From Pelagibacteraceae bacterium AG-422-B15 (lineage in GTDB: Bacteria; Pseudomonadota; Alphaproteobacteria; Pelagibacterales; AG-422-B15), in contig CAJJBG010000002.1 in assembly GCA_905182345.1 (NCBI GenBank), positions 30,345-94,344 on the forward strand: 64,000 nt of DNA. Direction: 5' to 3'. The notes below the pieces were generated by a model that saw only the letters and a program-made list of their open reading frames with translations, had not been told where the DNA came from and made no database searches. The position numbers were made by a program, and so were the translations under genes. Each line of letters begins with the position of its first letter. Positions within the stretch are counted from its first letter, which is position 1. Below, piece by piece: positions 41,350 to 50,392 of this stretch.

Positions 41350-42417
41350 ATGACTGCTGGGGCAATTATTAATTTAGTAACCAATAAAGAAGAACTTCTT
41401 TATAAAGATGAAAACTTAAGTGAAATTTTATCTTTAAGTAATACCTTAAGAATTAATTGTAAGTATACAGAAAATATTAGAATAAAAAAATTCTCATCTT
41501 CGACATTAATAAATAAAGGTAAGTTATTAGAATTAAAAGGTAAAATTGATTTTTTTAAAATTGATTTAATAATCTTTAATTATCCACTTTCACCATCTCA
41601 ACAAAAAAACCTTGAAAAGTATCTTAATATAAAAGCTATTGATAGAACTGGACTAATTATAGAAATATTTGCCGATAGAGCACTTTCATCAGAAGGTAAG
41701 CTACAAGTAGAGTTAGCTGATCTTACCTATAGAAAATCAAGGCTAGTTAGGGCATGGACTCACCTTGAGAGACAAAGAGGTGGCCAATCATTTGTTGGTG
41801 GCCCAGGAGAGCTGCAGATTGAATTAGATAGAAGGTTGATACAGGAAAGAATAACTAGCCTTAAACAACAATTAAAGAAAATTATTAAACGTAGAAATAA
41901 TCAAAGAAACAATAGAAAGAGGGGCGAACTTAGTTCCTTTGCAATAGTTGGTTATACAAACTCAGGAAAGACAACATTGTTTAATGCTTTAACAAAAAAA
42001 AGTGAGTATGCAAAAAATGAGTTATTTGCAACTCTTGATACTAAAATAAGTAAAATTTACTTAGGCTCTAAAAATGCTACAATAATTGATACGGTGGGGT
42101 TTATTTCAAAGATACCGACTCAATTAATTGATGCTTTTAAAGCTACGCTAGAAGAAGTCAGCATATCAGATAGATTAATAAATGTTGTTGATATAAATGA
42201 TATTAATTTTCGAGAAAAAATTAAAATTACAAAAAATATACTTTTAAGCACTGGTGTCTCTGAAGAGAAAATTAAAAATATGATTACGGTATTTAACAAG
42301 ATTGATTTAAAAAACAATGATACCTACCTTAATACAGATAGTAAAATATATGTAAGTGCATCAAAGGGAGTTGGTATTGAAGTATTGAGAAATAAGTTAA
42401 ATAAAGTTAGCTCTTAA
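41350..42417 (+). CDS. hflX: GTPase HflX
   Basis: 355 aa. The HflX N-domain (AIDRTGLIIEIFA.RA....GKLQVELA), G1 GYTNSGKTTL, G3 DTVGF and G4 NKID are present. Confidence 0.92.
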   Translation: MTAGAIINLVTNKEELLYKDENLSEILSLSNTLRINCKYTENIRIKKFSSSTLINKGKLLELKGKIDFFKIDLIIFNYPLSPSQQKNLEKYLNIKAIDRTGLIIEIFADRALSSEGKLQVELADLTYRKSRLVRAWTHLERQRGGQSFVGGPGELQIELDRRLIQERITSLKQQLKKIIKRRNNQRNNRKRGELSSFAIVGYTNSGKTTLFNALTKKSEYAKNELFATLDTKISKIYLGSKNATIIDTVGFISKIPTQLIDAFKATLEEVSISDRLINVVDINDINFREKIKITKNILLSTGVSEEKIKNMITVFNKIDLKNNDTYLNTDSKIYVSASKGVGIEVLRNKLNKVSS

Positions 42418-43150
42418 TCAGAACTTCTATAATTAATTCTGAATATTGACCTTTAGCAATAATTTTATCAATACTAATAATATTTTTAATTATTTTATAA
42501 TAGACATCTATTCTTCTAGCAGGTTCAAAAATATCTTTTTTAATAATTTTTTTAAAGCCACCAATTTCAGATAACTCTAAACTACAAATTATTTCGTTAT
42601 CATTAATTTTTTTATCAACGTAACTTAGATTATACCGTCTTTTACCATCAAATATCTTGTACTTTCTATTACATTGATTGCTTAACTCATAGTCTTCAAT
42701 GTATATAAGTGAAGTTACAGGATCTATAACATCATTGAGCATTTCACTTTTAATAGGAGTTAGCTTAAATTTATCAAAGGCTGGTGTTGTGATGCTTTTA
42801 ATGACACTAGAATTTTTAAAGGATATTTCAGTTTTTTTATTTTTATTTTTTCTCTTATATGAGTAGATATATGATACAGGCATAAAACTACCGTCATCAA
42901 TTTTTCCTAATATTTCTCCATAACCACTTATTTTACTAACAACATCAATAAGAGTATTAGATTTTATATTAAAATTTAATTTATAATCAGTTTCATTAAA
43001 TTCTAAATATGTATCAATAGTCCCAATTTCGAGATTGATACCAAGAAGATCAATGCTTAGCCTATAGTCTTTTTTTAGATCATAAGTATCAGCAAAACTT
43101 GATTTTAAAAGTACCATAAATAAGAAAATAATATAATAATATGTCTTCAT
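42407..43150 (-). CDS. secreted protein, DUF3108-like
   Basis: The second Met (43150) gives a clean signal peptide, MKTYYYIIFLFMVLLKSSFA. The body is beta-rich. The family assignment is from memory of the DUF3108 pattern and has not been searched. Confidence 0.5.
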   Translation of the reverse strand: MKTYYYIIFLFMVLLKSSFADTYDLKKDYRLSIDLLGINLEIGTIDTYLEFNETDYKLNFNIKSNTLIDVVSKISGYGEILGKIDDGSFMPVSYIYSYKRKNKNKKTEISFKNSSVIKSITTPAFDKFKLTPIKSEMLNDVIDPVTSLIYIEDYELSNQCNRKYKIFDGKRRYNLSYVDKKINDNEIICSLELSEIGGFKKIIKKDIFEPARRIDVYYKIIKNIISIDKIIAKGQYSELIIEVLIKS

Positions 43151-43153
43151 ATT

Positions 43154-44191
43154 ATGAGAGTACTTCACGTTTCAAATTTTGTCCAAAAATACAATGGTAG
43201 GCTTTACTGGAATATGCCTTTCAGGGTATCTAATGGTTTCACTAGATTAGGTCACAATGTTTTAAATTTTAGTGATCGAGATTTAAGTAAAGACAACTTT
43301 CTAAGATCTAGCTTTATAGGAATAAAGGAGGTTAATAGGCGACTTTTAATAACATGTATCAACTATAATCCTGAGTTGATTATAATAGGACATGCCGATT
43401 CTATATCAAATGAAACTTTAAATGAGATAAAATCTACTTACCCTAAGTGTAAAATCATACAGTGGAATGTTGATCATCTACTCATGAATTCTACATTAGA
43501 TAAATTAATTAATAGATCTAAGTATGTGTCCAACTCATTTATTACAACTGGAGATAAAGAAATATCAAAAGCTGCAGTAAATGGAATGAAGATACACTAT
43601 ATACCTAATATATTCGATGCTTCAATTGATTCATTAAAGGTTTTTAATAATTCTCTGTATGAATTTGATATATTTTTTGCAATGAGTCATGGAGTTGGAT
43701 CTGGAAAATTAAAGTCAGGAAAATTAGATGGTAGAGAAGAATTACTAAAAAATATTTCATTAAATACTAATATTAGTGAAAATTTTTATGGCTTTAATAA
43801 TATTGAACCTATCTGGGGTCAAAGTTTTATTAAGCAATTAAATAAAAACTTAATGGGTTTAAACTTAAGCTCAGGCAAACCAATGTACCTGTATTCATCT
43901 GATCGTATTTGTCTGTATATGGGCAATGGGTTATTAACTTATATAAATGAGTCTTATGGTTTCAATGACTTATACACAAAAGATGATATTATTTTTTACA
44001 AAGACGATTATGATTTAATGGACAAAATAATTTTTTATAAAAATAATTTAGAAAAAGCTAAAGAAATTGCTAAAAATGGTTGGCTTAAATCTCATAATAA
44101 CTTTAATGAAAAAAATATATGCAATTTTATGATTGATAAAACATTTAATATTAAATCAGGGAAAATTAATTGGCCTGATATAAGTTACTAA
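43154..44191 (+). CDS. glycosyltransferase, CgeB-like (GT1-type C-terminal domain)
   Basis: 345 aa. The N-terminus MRVLHV is typical of GTs. The C-terminal part (YKDDYDL.DKI.FY..N.E.A..IA..G) resembles Glyco_trans_1_2/CgeB. Confidence 0.55.
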   Translation: MRVLHVSNFVQKYNGRLYWNMPFRVSNGFTRLGHNVLNFSDRDLSKDNFLRSSFIGIKEVNRRLLITCINYNPELIIIGHADSISNETLNEIKSTYPKCKIIQWNVDHLLMNSTLDKLINRSKYVSNSFITTGDKEISKAAVNGMKIHYIPNIFDASIDSLKVFNNSLYEFDIFFAMSHGVGSGKLKSGKLDGREELLKNISLNTNISENFYGFNNIEPIWGQSFIKQLNKNLMGLNLSSGKPMYLYSSDRICLYMGNGLLTYINESYGFNDLYTKDDIIFYKDDYDLMDKIIFYKNNLEKAKEIAKNGWLKSHNNFNEKNICNFMIDKTFNIKSGKINWPDISY

Positions 44192-44201
44192 AATATCTTA
44201 A

Positions 44202-44819
44202 ATGAGCTTAAAAAATACAAGTTATTGGGAAAATAAAGATGTTACCTCTGAAGAAAAAGCTATTTTTAAGTATTTAAAAAAAAAAAAATTCCTAAAAAAA
44301 CCTAATGTGCTTCATGTTGGTATAGGTAATTCACATGGTTTAATTAATTTAAAAAATAAATTTAATAGCTTTATTGGCTTAACAATAGCAGGTCTTGAGA
44401 AAAATAAAGCTGATAAATTAAATATAGACAGTAATAATAATTACTTAATTGATAAACATGATGCTGATGCAATGGCATCATTAATAAGGAGTGACTCCAT
44501 TGATTATATAATAGATATTAACTTGAAATCGTTTAGTCCATCAAACGATTTATTTGAATTGATGATTAAAAATTATGTTAATTTTTTAAAGAGAGGTGGA
44601 AGTATTTTAACTTCTGATTCAGGTATGAAATGGACAACTTCTCTTAGCTTAAAAGAAGGTGTATTTGAGCAAGGGCAGGGCAATAATAGTAATTTATTAT
44701 CTAAAGATGAACTTTATACTATAGCATATAATAATAATCTTAAAGTTGAAACATTTACATTTTCAATAGGACTGATTAAAAGAAAAAAAGAAATTTTATA
44801 CAAACTCACAAAATCATAA
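44202..44819 (+). CDS. putative class I SAM-dependent methyltransferase-like protein
   Basis: 205 aa with a degenerate motif I (VLHVGIGNS) and a post-III-like motif (LKRGGSIL). The assignment is weak. Confidence 0.35.
   Translation: MSLKNTSYWENKDVTSEEKAIFKYLKKKKFLKKPNVLHVGIGNSHGLINLKNKFNSFIGLTIAGLEKNKADKLNIDSNNNYLIDKHDADAMASLIRSDSIDYIIDINLKSFSPSNDLFELMIKNYVNFLKRGGSILTSDSGMKWTTSLSLKEGVFEQGQGNNSNLLSKDELYTIAYNNNLKVETFTFSIGLIKRKKEILYKLTKS
44276..44288 (+). repeat. A13 homopolymer inside the methyltransferase-like CDS (encodes L-KKKK)
   Basis: Counted directly as 13 consecutive A at 44276-44288. It is in frame as given and is the longest homopolymer I noticed in the window. Confidence 0.9.
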
Positions 44820-44820
44820 A

Positions 44821-45495
44821 ATGAAATCAATTCCAATTCTCTATTATCACAACATAGGAGGTGAAAATTACAAAAGTTTCTGTAAAGTTGATAGTTTTAA
44901 GTATCAAATGAATTTTATGTTTTCAAGAGGATATAAAGGAGTGGGGTGTGACAATTTATTAATTGAAGGTGGTGAAAAATTATTTGGTATTACATTTGAT
45001 GATGGCTACGAAGATAATCTATTGAATGCCTTACCAATACTTAAGTCATATAATTTTAAAGCAACCTGCTTTATAGTGCCAAATATGATAGGCGCAACTA
45101 ACTCTTGGGATAAAGTTCAATTCAAGCTCATGGATAAAATTCAAATTAAAGAGTGGCTAGACGAAGGTATGTCCATAGGGTCACATTCACTTAATCATTA
45201 TGATTTAAGCAGACTATCAACTGAATCTATGAGTAAAGAGATAGCTGATTCAAAAAAAATATTAGAAGACACATTTGGAATAAGTATTGATGATTTTTGC
45301 TATCCTTATGGAAAGTATAATTTAAAAATAACTAAGAAAGTCAAAGATTTTGGATACAAAAGAGGCATAACAACAAAAAGAGGCCTCTACAAGTCATCTG
45401 ATAATAATTACGATATTAAGCGCGTGCCAGTTAATAGGAACGATAGCAAATTTAAGTTTTGGCTTAAAACAATGACGGCTTATGAGAACTTATAG
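44821..45495 (+). CDS. polysaccharide deacetylase (NodB homology domain)
   Basis: 224 aa. Motifs TFDDGY, ATCFIV and GSHSLNH are present. Confidence 0.8.
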   Translation: MKSIPILYYHNIGGENYKSFCKVDSFKYQMNFMFSRGYKGVGCDNLLIEGGEKLFGITFDDGYEDNLLNALPILKSYNFKATCFIVPNMIGATNSWDKVQFKLMDKIQIKEWLDEGMSIGSHSLNHYDLSRLSTESMSKEIADSKKILEDTFGISIDDFCYPYGKYNLKITKKVKDFGYKRGITTKRGLYKSSDNNYDIKRVPVNRNDSKFKFWLKTMTAYENL

Positions 45496-45501
45496 ATATA
45501 G

Positions 45502-45529
45502 AATATATAATATTCGCATAATATATATT
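45502..45529. repeat. AT-only imperfect inverted repeat (12-bp arms, 11/12 matching, 4-nt loop) after the deacetylase gene
   Basis: The sequence is AATATATAATAT-tcgc-ATAATATATATT. It could be a weak terminator or operator, or a chance occurrence in AT-rich DNA. Confidence 0.2.
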
Positions 45530-45589
45530 ATGACAAATAGTATATACTTATAAATAACAGATACTTAAAATAAGTAAATAAATTTTAAA

Positions 45590-46693
45590 ATGAAATATTT
45601 AATATTTAGAGATGATGGCCTTGGTGACTTAATTGTCAGTACACCATTAATCAAGTTAATAAAAGAAAAAGATAAGAATGCATACATAGTACTTTTGTGC
45701 GGAGACAGAAATTTTGAGTATGCGCAACTCTATAAAGATGAAGGATTGATTAATGAAACTGTAAGATTTCCATCAAAGCAGTCACTAATTAATTTTTATA
45801 AAAATTTATACTACTTAAGATCATTGCATGTTGATTATACCTACGTACTAAGTCCAAAAAATATAAATTATTATTACGCTAAACTATCTAACGCTAAATA
45901 TAATTTTGGCATTGTTATGTTAAATACGGGAAAAAATGGACGTAATAGATATAGACCTGCAAAATTTATAATTAAATATTTATTAAATAAGCATGTTCTA
46001 ATTGATTGTACTGAAAATTTTATAAATTCTTTAGACACACATTGGTCTGACTATTACATAGATTTGTATGCTAAATCAATGTCACTAATTTTTAATGAAA
46101 GGCCAGAAGTTGTTTCGATAGAAAATAAAAAATATATAAAATTACATCTGAATAAGGAAAATAATAATTTAACAAAAATATTTTTAGAAAATAAAATCAC
46201 CAATAAATACTTAACTATAGTACACATTGATGAGAAGTGGGATCGAAGTAATTGGTCAAATAAAGAAATTCATAATTTTATATATGAATTAAAAATAAAT
46301 ATGCAGTCTGGTGTTGTAATTTTAACTCAAGGTCTTTATGAGACAGAATTTAATAAATCAATTTTTAATGAATTTAAATTTAATAAAATTAATGATAGTT
46401 TTTTCGACAGTGAAATATTTATGTCAAATAATATTGATCAATTATTTTTATTTAAACCACTTAATATGAAATTATTAACTTCACTACTGTCAAAGTCAGA
46501 CCTTATTATTGAACAACATGGTGGATTGGCACATATTGGAACAATGTATAATAAAAAAATAGTTGATATTACTTACAAGGGTCATAAAAACTTTCTTAAA
46601 AAATGGCATCCAAAATCTGATAACTATCTACAAATTGAAATAAATGATTTTAAAACAACTCTGTATAGCATAATTGATTTTATCAAAAAATAA
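45590..46693 (+). CDS. glycosyltransferase family 9 (heptosyltransferase-like)
   Basis: 367 aa. The N-terminus IFRDDGLGDLIVSTPLIKLIKE matches the GT9 R.D.IGD....P motif. The C-terminal part carries GGLAHIG. Confidence 0.6.
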   Translation: MKYLIFRDDGLGDLIVSTPLIKLIKEKDKNAYIVLLCGDRNFEYAQLYKDEGLINETVRFPSKQSLINFYKNLYYLRSLHVDYTYVLSPKNINYYYAKLSNAKYNFGIVMLNTGKNGRNRYRPAKFIIKYLLNKHVLIDCTENFINSLDTHWSDYYIDLYAKSMSLIFNERPEVVSIENKKYIKLHLNKENNNLTKIFLENKITNKYLTIVHIDEKWDRSNWSNKEIHNFIYELKINMQSGVVILTQGLYETEFNKSIFNEFKFNKINDSFFDSEIFMSNNIDQLFLFKPLNMKLLTSLLSKSDLIIEQHGGLAHIGTMYNKKIVDITYKGHKNFLKKWHPKSDNYLQIEINDFKTTLYSIIDFIKK

Positions 46694-47714
46694 TATTTGG
46701 ATGATCTAGTTCAAAATTTACCATTTCTGCAACTAGTTTATCAAATGTGTATTCTGGTTGCCACTTTAGTATTTTTTTTATTTTAGAGGGATCGCCAATT
46801 AAAGAGTCAACCTCTGCAGGTCTAAAAAACTTAGGATCAACTTTTACAATAACTTTATTGTTATGCTTATTCAAAACCTTTGCGTTAACTCCTTCGCCCT
46901 GCCACTCATAGTCAATATTAAGAATTTTTAAACATTGATTAATAAAGTCTTTAACAGAATTATTGATGCCCATGGAAACAATGTAGTCGTCTGCAATATT
47001 ATGGTTTAGCATTAACCACATAGCGTTAACATAATCACCTGCATACCCCCAATCTCTCTTTGCATCAACATTGCCAATAGAAAGAATTTCATCAGACCCA
47101 AGTTTAATTTTAGATAGTGTTTTAGCTATTTTTTTTGTAACAAATTCATGCCCTCTTAATGGTGATTCATGATTAAACAAAATACCAGAACAGGCAAAAA
47201 TATCATAACTTTCTCGATAGTTGATTGTAGCGTAATGTGCAAAAGCTTTGGATACTCCGTATGGGCTTCTTGGGTGCAGTAGCGTCTCTTCGTCTTGAGG
47301 AATTTTTTTAACCTTACCAAACATTTCTGATGTTGATGCTTGATAAAATTTAATATTTTTATCTATGTGTAAAATAGCCTCCAGTAATCTTAATGTTCCC
47401 ATTGCATTTATGTCAGATGTTAAAATAGGCAAATCAAATGATGTTGGAACGAAGCTTTGAGCTGCAAGATTATATATCTCGGTTGGACGAATTTTATCTA
47501 CTACCTTGTTAATATTTGAAATTTCAAGTAAATCAAAATCTATAATATTTATTTTATTTTTTATTCCAAGATATTCGAGGCGAGAAAATTTTTCGGAAGC
47601 CCCTCTCCTGGCTGTGCCATATACTTCATAGCCCTTACTTAGAAGGAGTTGTGATAAATATGCACCATCTTGACCTGTTACACCCGTAATTAGGGCTTTT
47701 TTATTGTTACTCAT
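46683..47714 (-). CDS. gmd: GDP-mannose 4,6-dehydratase
   Basis: 343 aa. Motifs ALITGVTGQDGAYL, QASTSEMFG, SPYG.SK and LFNHESP.RG..FVT.KI are present. Confidence 0.93.
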   Translation of the reverse strand: MSNNKKALITGVTGQDGAYLSQLLLSKGYEVYGTARRGASEKFSRLEYLGIKNKINIIDFDLLEISNINKVVDKIRPTEIYNLAAQSFVPTSFDLPILTSDINAMGTLRLLEAILHIDKNIKFYQASTSEMFGKVKKIPQDEETLLHPRSPYGVSKAFAHYATINYRESYDIFACSGILFNHESPLRGHEFVTKKIAKTLSKIKLGSDEILSIGNVDAKRDWGYAGDYVNAMWLMLNHNIADDYIVSMGINNSVKDFINQCLKILNIDYEWQGEGVNAKVLNKHNNKVIVKVDPKFFRPAEVDSLIGDPSKIKKILKWQPEYTFDKLVAEMVNFELDHPNIIF

Positions 47715-48087
47715 AAGATTTTACTTCAATTATTTCAGAGCCAGTTAGATTGTTTATTATTAATTTAATTTTAGCTCTTTTGTCATTAAATTTGTATACA
47801 TTTCTAGCAAGTGTAATAAATTTTTTGTCAAATTTTTTAAGTTTTTCTGCACTTCTTTTGTTGTTTTCTACGTTCCATAATATCAAGTTAATTTTTTTTA
47901 ACAAAGAAATTTGTTTTCTTATATGACTATTCAATCTTACTTTTTTCTTTAAAATATTTTTTAGAAATAATAGTTCTTTTTCGATATCAAAAAGCTTATT
48001 TTTATCTTTAATTTTGTTTTTCTTAATTTCTAATATTGTTATTTTATCAGCGAGCTCGCCTACTGAGACAGGAACTTTAATTAACAT
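47707..48087 (-). CDS. conserved small hypothetical protein (helical, Lys-rich; possibly DUF6165-like)
   Basis: 126 aa. The N-terminus PVSVGELADKITILEIK recalls a family often found beside sugar-nucleotide genes; this is from memory and has not been searched. It overlaps the gmd start by 8 nt. Confidence 0.4.
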   Translation of the reverse strand: MLIKVPVSVGELADKITILEIKKNKIKDKNKLFDIEKELLFLKNILKKKVRLNSHIRKQISLLKKINLILWNVENNKRSAEKLKKFDKKFITLARNVYKFNDKRAKIKLIINNLTGSEIIEVKSYE

Positions 48088-48091
48088 AACA

Positions 48092-48868
48092 TTACTCCTT
48101 AATTTTATTAAAAAGGTTTAAAAAATTTTTTTTAGTTTGTCTGGCCATATCATCAAAAGATAATTTATGTAAATCAGCTAATTTACTAACAGTATGAATA
48201 ATATGCGATGGTTGATTAACTTTTCCTCTCAGTGGTTCTGGAGATAAATATGGGGAGTCCGTTTCCACTAATAATCTTTCTAATGGAATTGTTTTAAATA
48301 CATTTCTTAACTCATCTGACCTATTAAAAGTTATAACTCCACTTGCAGATATATAAAAACCCAACTCAACTGCTTCATCAGCAAATTTTTGTGAACCTGT
48401 GAAGCAATGAATAATACCAGAAAAAAGAGCTTTTTTTAACTTATCTTTAATTATCTTGATTGTATCAACTTCGGCATCTCTCATATGGATAATAATAGGT
48501 ATATTTAACTCTTGTGAAATTTCAATTTGCCTCTCAAAAGCTTTGATTTGTGATCTCTTTTCAGAATGAGAATAATAGTAATCTAGTCCTGTTTCACCAA
48601 TGCCGACAAACTTATTATTATCTTTATTCTCAAAAATACTTTTAATTACTACATCCGTTAACTGATTAGATTCATGTGGATGGATGCCTAATGTAAAGTA
48701 AACATTTTTATAAAGATCTGATGTTTCCTTTAGCGCGTTAAATTCTTCATATTTAGTCGCGATATTAAGCATTAAGGTGACATTATTCTCACTAGCATTT
48801 AATAAAATTTCTTTAATTGAAAGTTCTTGCTTAGAGTAATTAAGGTGGCAATGACTATCTGCTATCAT
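48092..48868 (-). CDS. tatD: TatD family metal-dependent hydrolase/DNase
   Basis: 258 aa. Motifs DSHCHL, GE.GLDY, HCF.G and ETDSPYL are present. Confidence 0.9.
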   Translation of the reverse strand: MIADSHCHLNYSKQELSIKEILLNASENNVTLMLNIATKYEEFNALKETSDLYKNVYFTLGIHPHESNQLTDVVIKSIFENKDNNKFVGIGETGLDYYYSHSEKRSQIKAFERQIEISQELNIPIIIHMRDAEVDTIKIIKDKLKKALFSGIIHCFTGSQKFADEAVELGFYISASGVITFNRSDELRNVFKTIPLERLLVETDSPYLSPEPLRGKVNQPSHIIHTVSKLADLHKLSFDDMARQTKKNFLNLFNKIKE

Positions 48869-50392
48869 TTATTCATACCTAGGAAATAATGGCTTAACTT
48901 CATTAATTTTAATATTTTCAATATTTTTATTTATTAATTTCAAGGTAATAATTTCTTCATTAATAGAAAACAAACCTAATATTTTAATGCTTGTATCGGG
49001 CATTATTGGGTAAATCATAATAGCAATTTGTTTTATAATGTCAGCAGTTACATATAATATTGTTTTAAATTTATCCACATTATTGTCTTTTAATTCCCAT
49101 GGCTTGTTGTCATTAAAGTACTTATTTGCATCACCTATGATCTCCCACACATCTTTAACATAATTATTTATATTTTGTTCATTAACCATTTTAGAAAATC
49201 TCTCAGATTCCGAAGTTATTCTGTCTAAAAGTTCCTTTTCTTTTTCATTTATATTTTTTCCATCAGGTATAATTGAATCACAGTGTTTTGAAATCATAGT
49301 AAGAGACCTTTGGCATAAGTTACCTAGGTCATTAGAGAGATCCGCATTAATTCTTGATTTTAAAGCAGTTAGTGAAAAATCACCATCACTACCAAACGTT
49401 ATCTCTCTTAATAAAAAATAGCGAATTTGATCTAAACCATAGTCTTTAATAATTTCAACTGGATCAATCACATTCCCTAGAGATTTTGATATTTTATTTC
49501 CTTCATTAGTCCACCATCCATGTGCAAATATTCTTTTGGGCAATATCAAGTTTGCAGACATTAAAAAGGCGGGCCAGTAAACTGCATGGTGTCTTAATAT
49601 GTCCTTGCCAACTATATGTGTAGCATTTTCCCAATATTTTTTTAATTCAGGTTTATCATCTGTTATGTAACCAAGTGAATTTGGATAACTACTAAGTGCG
49701 TCAAGCCAAACATACATAACATGCTTCTCATCATCTGGAACTTGTATACCCCAATCAAATGTGTTTCGTGATATAGAAAGATCTTTAAGTCCACCTTTAA
49801 CAAAACTAATAACCTCATTTTTTCTTGATTGTGGCAATATAAAGTCTGGATTGTTTTTATAATATTCTATTAATCTATCTGCATATTTAGAGAGTCTAAA
49901 AAAATATGACTCTTCTTTTATCCATTCAACTGGACCACCTGTAATTGTCTTAAATGAACCGTCTGATTGTTTAATCAGATCTTTTTCATTGTAAAAAGTC
50001 TCATCATTTATTGAGTACCAACCTTCATAATTGCCTAGGTAGACGTCACCACTTGCTAATAGTTTTTTCCACAAAGTTTTTGCACCAACTTTATGTCTTT
50101 CTTCAGTAGTTCTAATAAAATCATCATTAGATAAGTTAAGTATTTTTGTTAGATCATTAAATTTCTTAGAGTTTTTATTACATAAATCTAGAGGTGAAAT
50201 ATTATTTTTTTCAGCAGCTTTTTGTATTTTTTGTCCATGCTCATCAGTTCCTGTCAGAAAAATTGTTTCTACTCCAGACATTCTTTTGTATCTAGCTATA
50301 AAATCACAAGCAATCGATGTATATGCATGTCCAATATGTGGAACATCGTTGACATAATATATAGGTGTTGTGATGAAAAAGGTATTAGGCAT
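48869..50392 (-). CDS. metG: methionyl-tRNA synthetase
   Basis: 507 aa with the HIGH motif (PHIGHAYT) and the KMSKS variant (KISKSLGN). Confidence 0.96.
   Translation of the reverse strand: MPNTFFITTPIYYVNDVPHIGHAYTSIACDFIARYKRMSGVETIFLTGTDEHGQKIQKAAEKNNISPLDLCNKNSKKFNDLTKILNLSNDDFIRTTEERHKVGAKTLWKKLLASGDVYLGNYEGWYSINDETFYNEKDLIKQSDGSFKTITGGPVEWIKEESYFFRLSKYADRLIEYYKNNPDFILPQSRKNEVISFVKGGLKDLSISRNTFDWGIQVPDDEKHVMYVWLDALSSYPNSLGYITDDKPELKKYWENATHIVGKDILRHHAVYWPAFLMSANLILPKRIFAHGWWTNEGNKISKSLGNVIDPVEIIKDYGLDQIRYFLLREITFGSDGDFSLTALKSRINADLSNDLGNLCQRSLTMISKHCDSIIPDGKNINEKEKELLDRITSESERFSKMVNEQNINNYVKDVWEIIGDANKYFNDNKPWELKDNNVDKFKTILYVTADIIKQIAIMIYPIMPDTSIKILGLFSINEEIITLKLINKNIENIKINEVKPLFPRYE

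Noticed and set aside
43151-43168. Longer N-terminus (MKYSHN-) for the DUF3108-like gene. Similar extensions were examined for holB (51357-51386), gltA (20396-20401) and fabZ (17017-17022).
   Set aside because: In each case a downstream ATG gives a cleaner signal peptide or a canonical stop-start overlap. The extensions add non-conserved residues.
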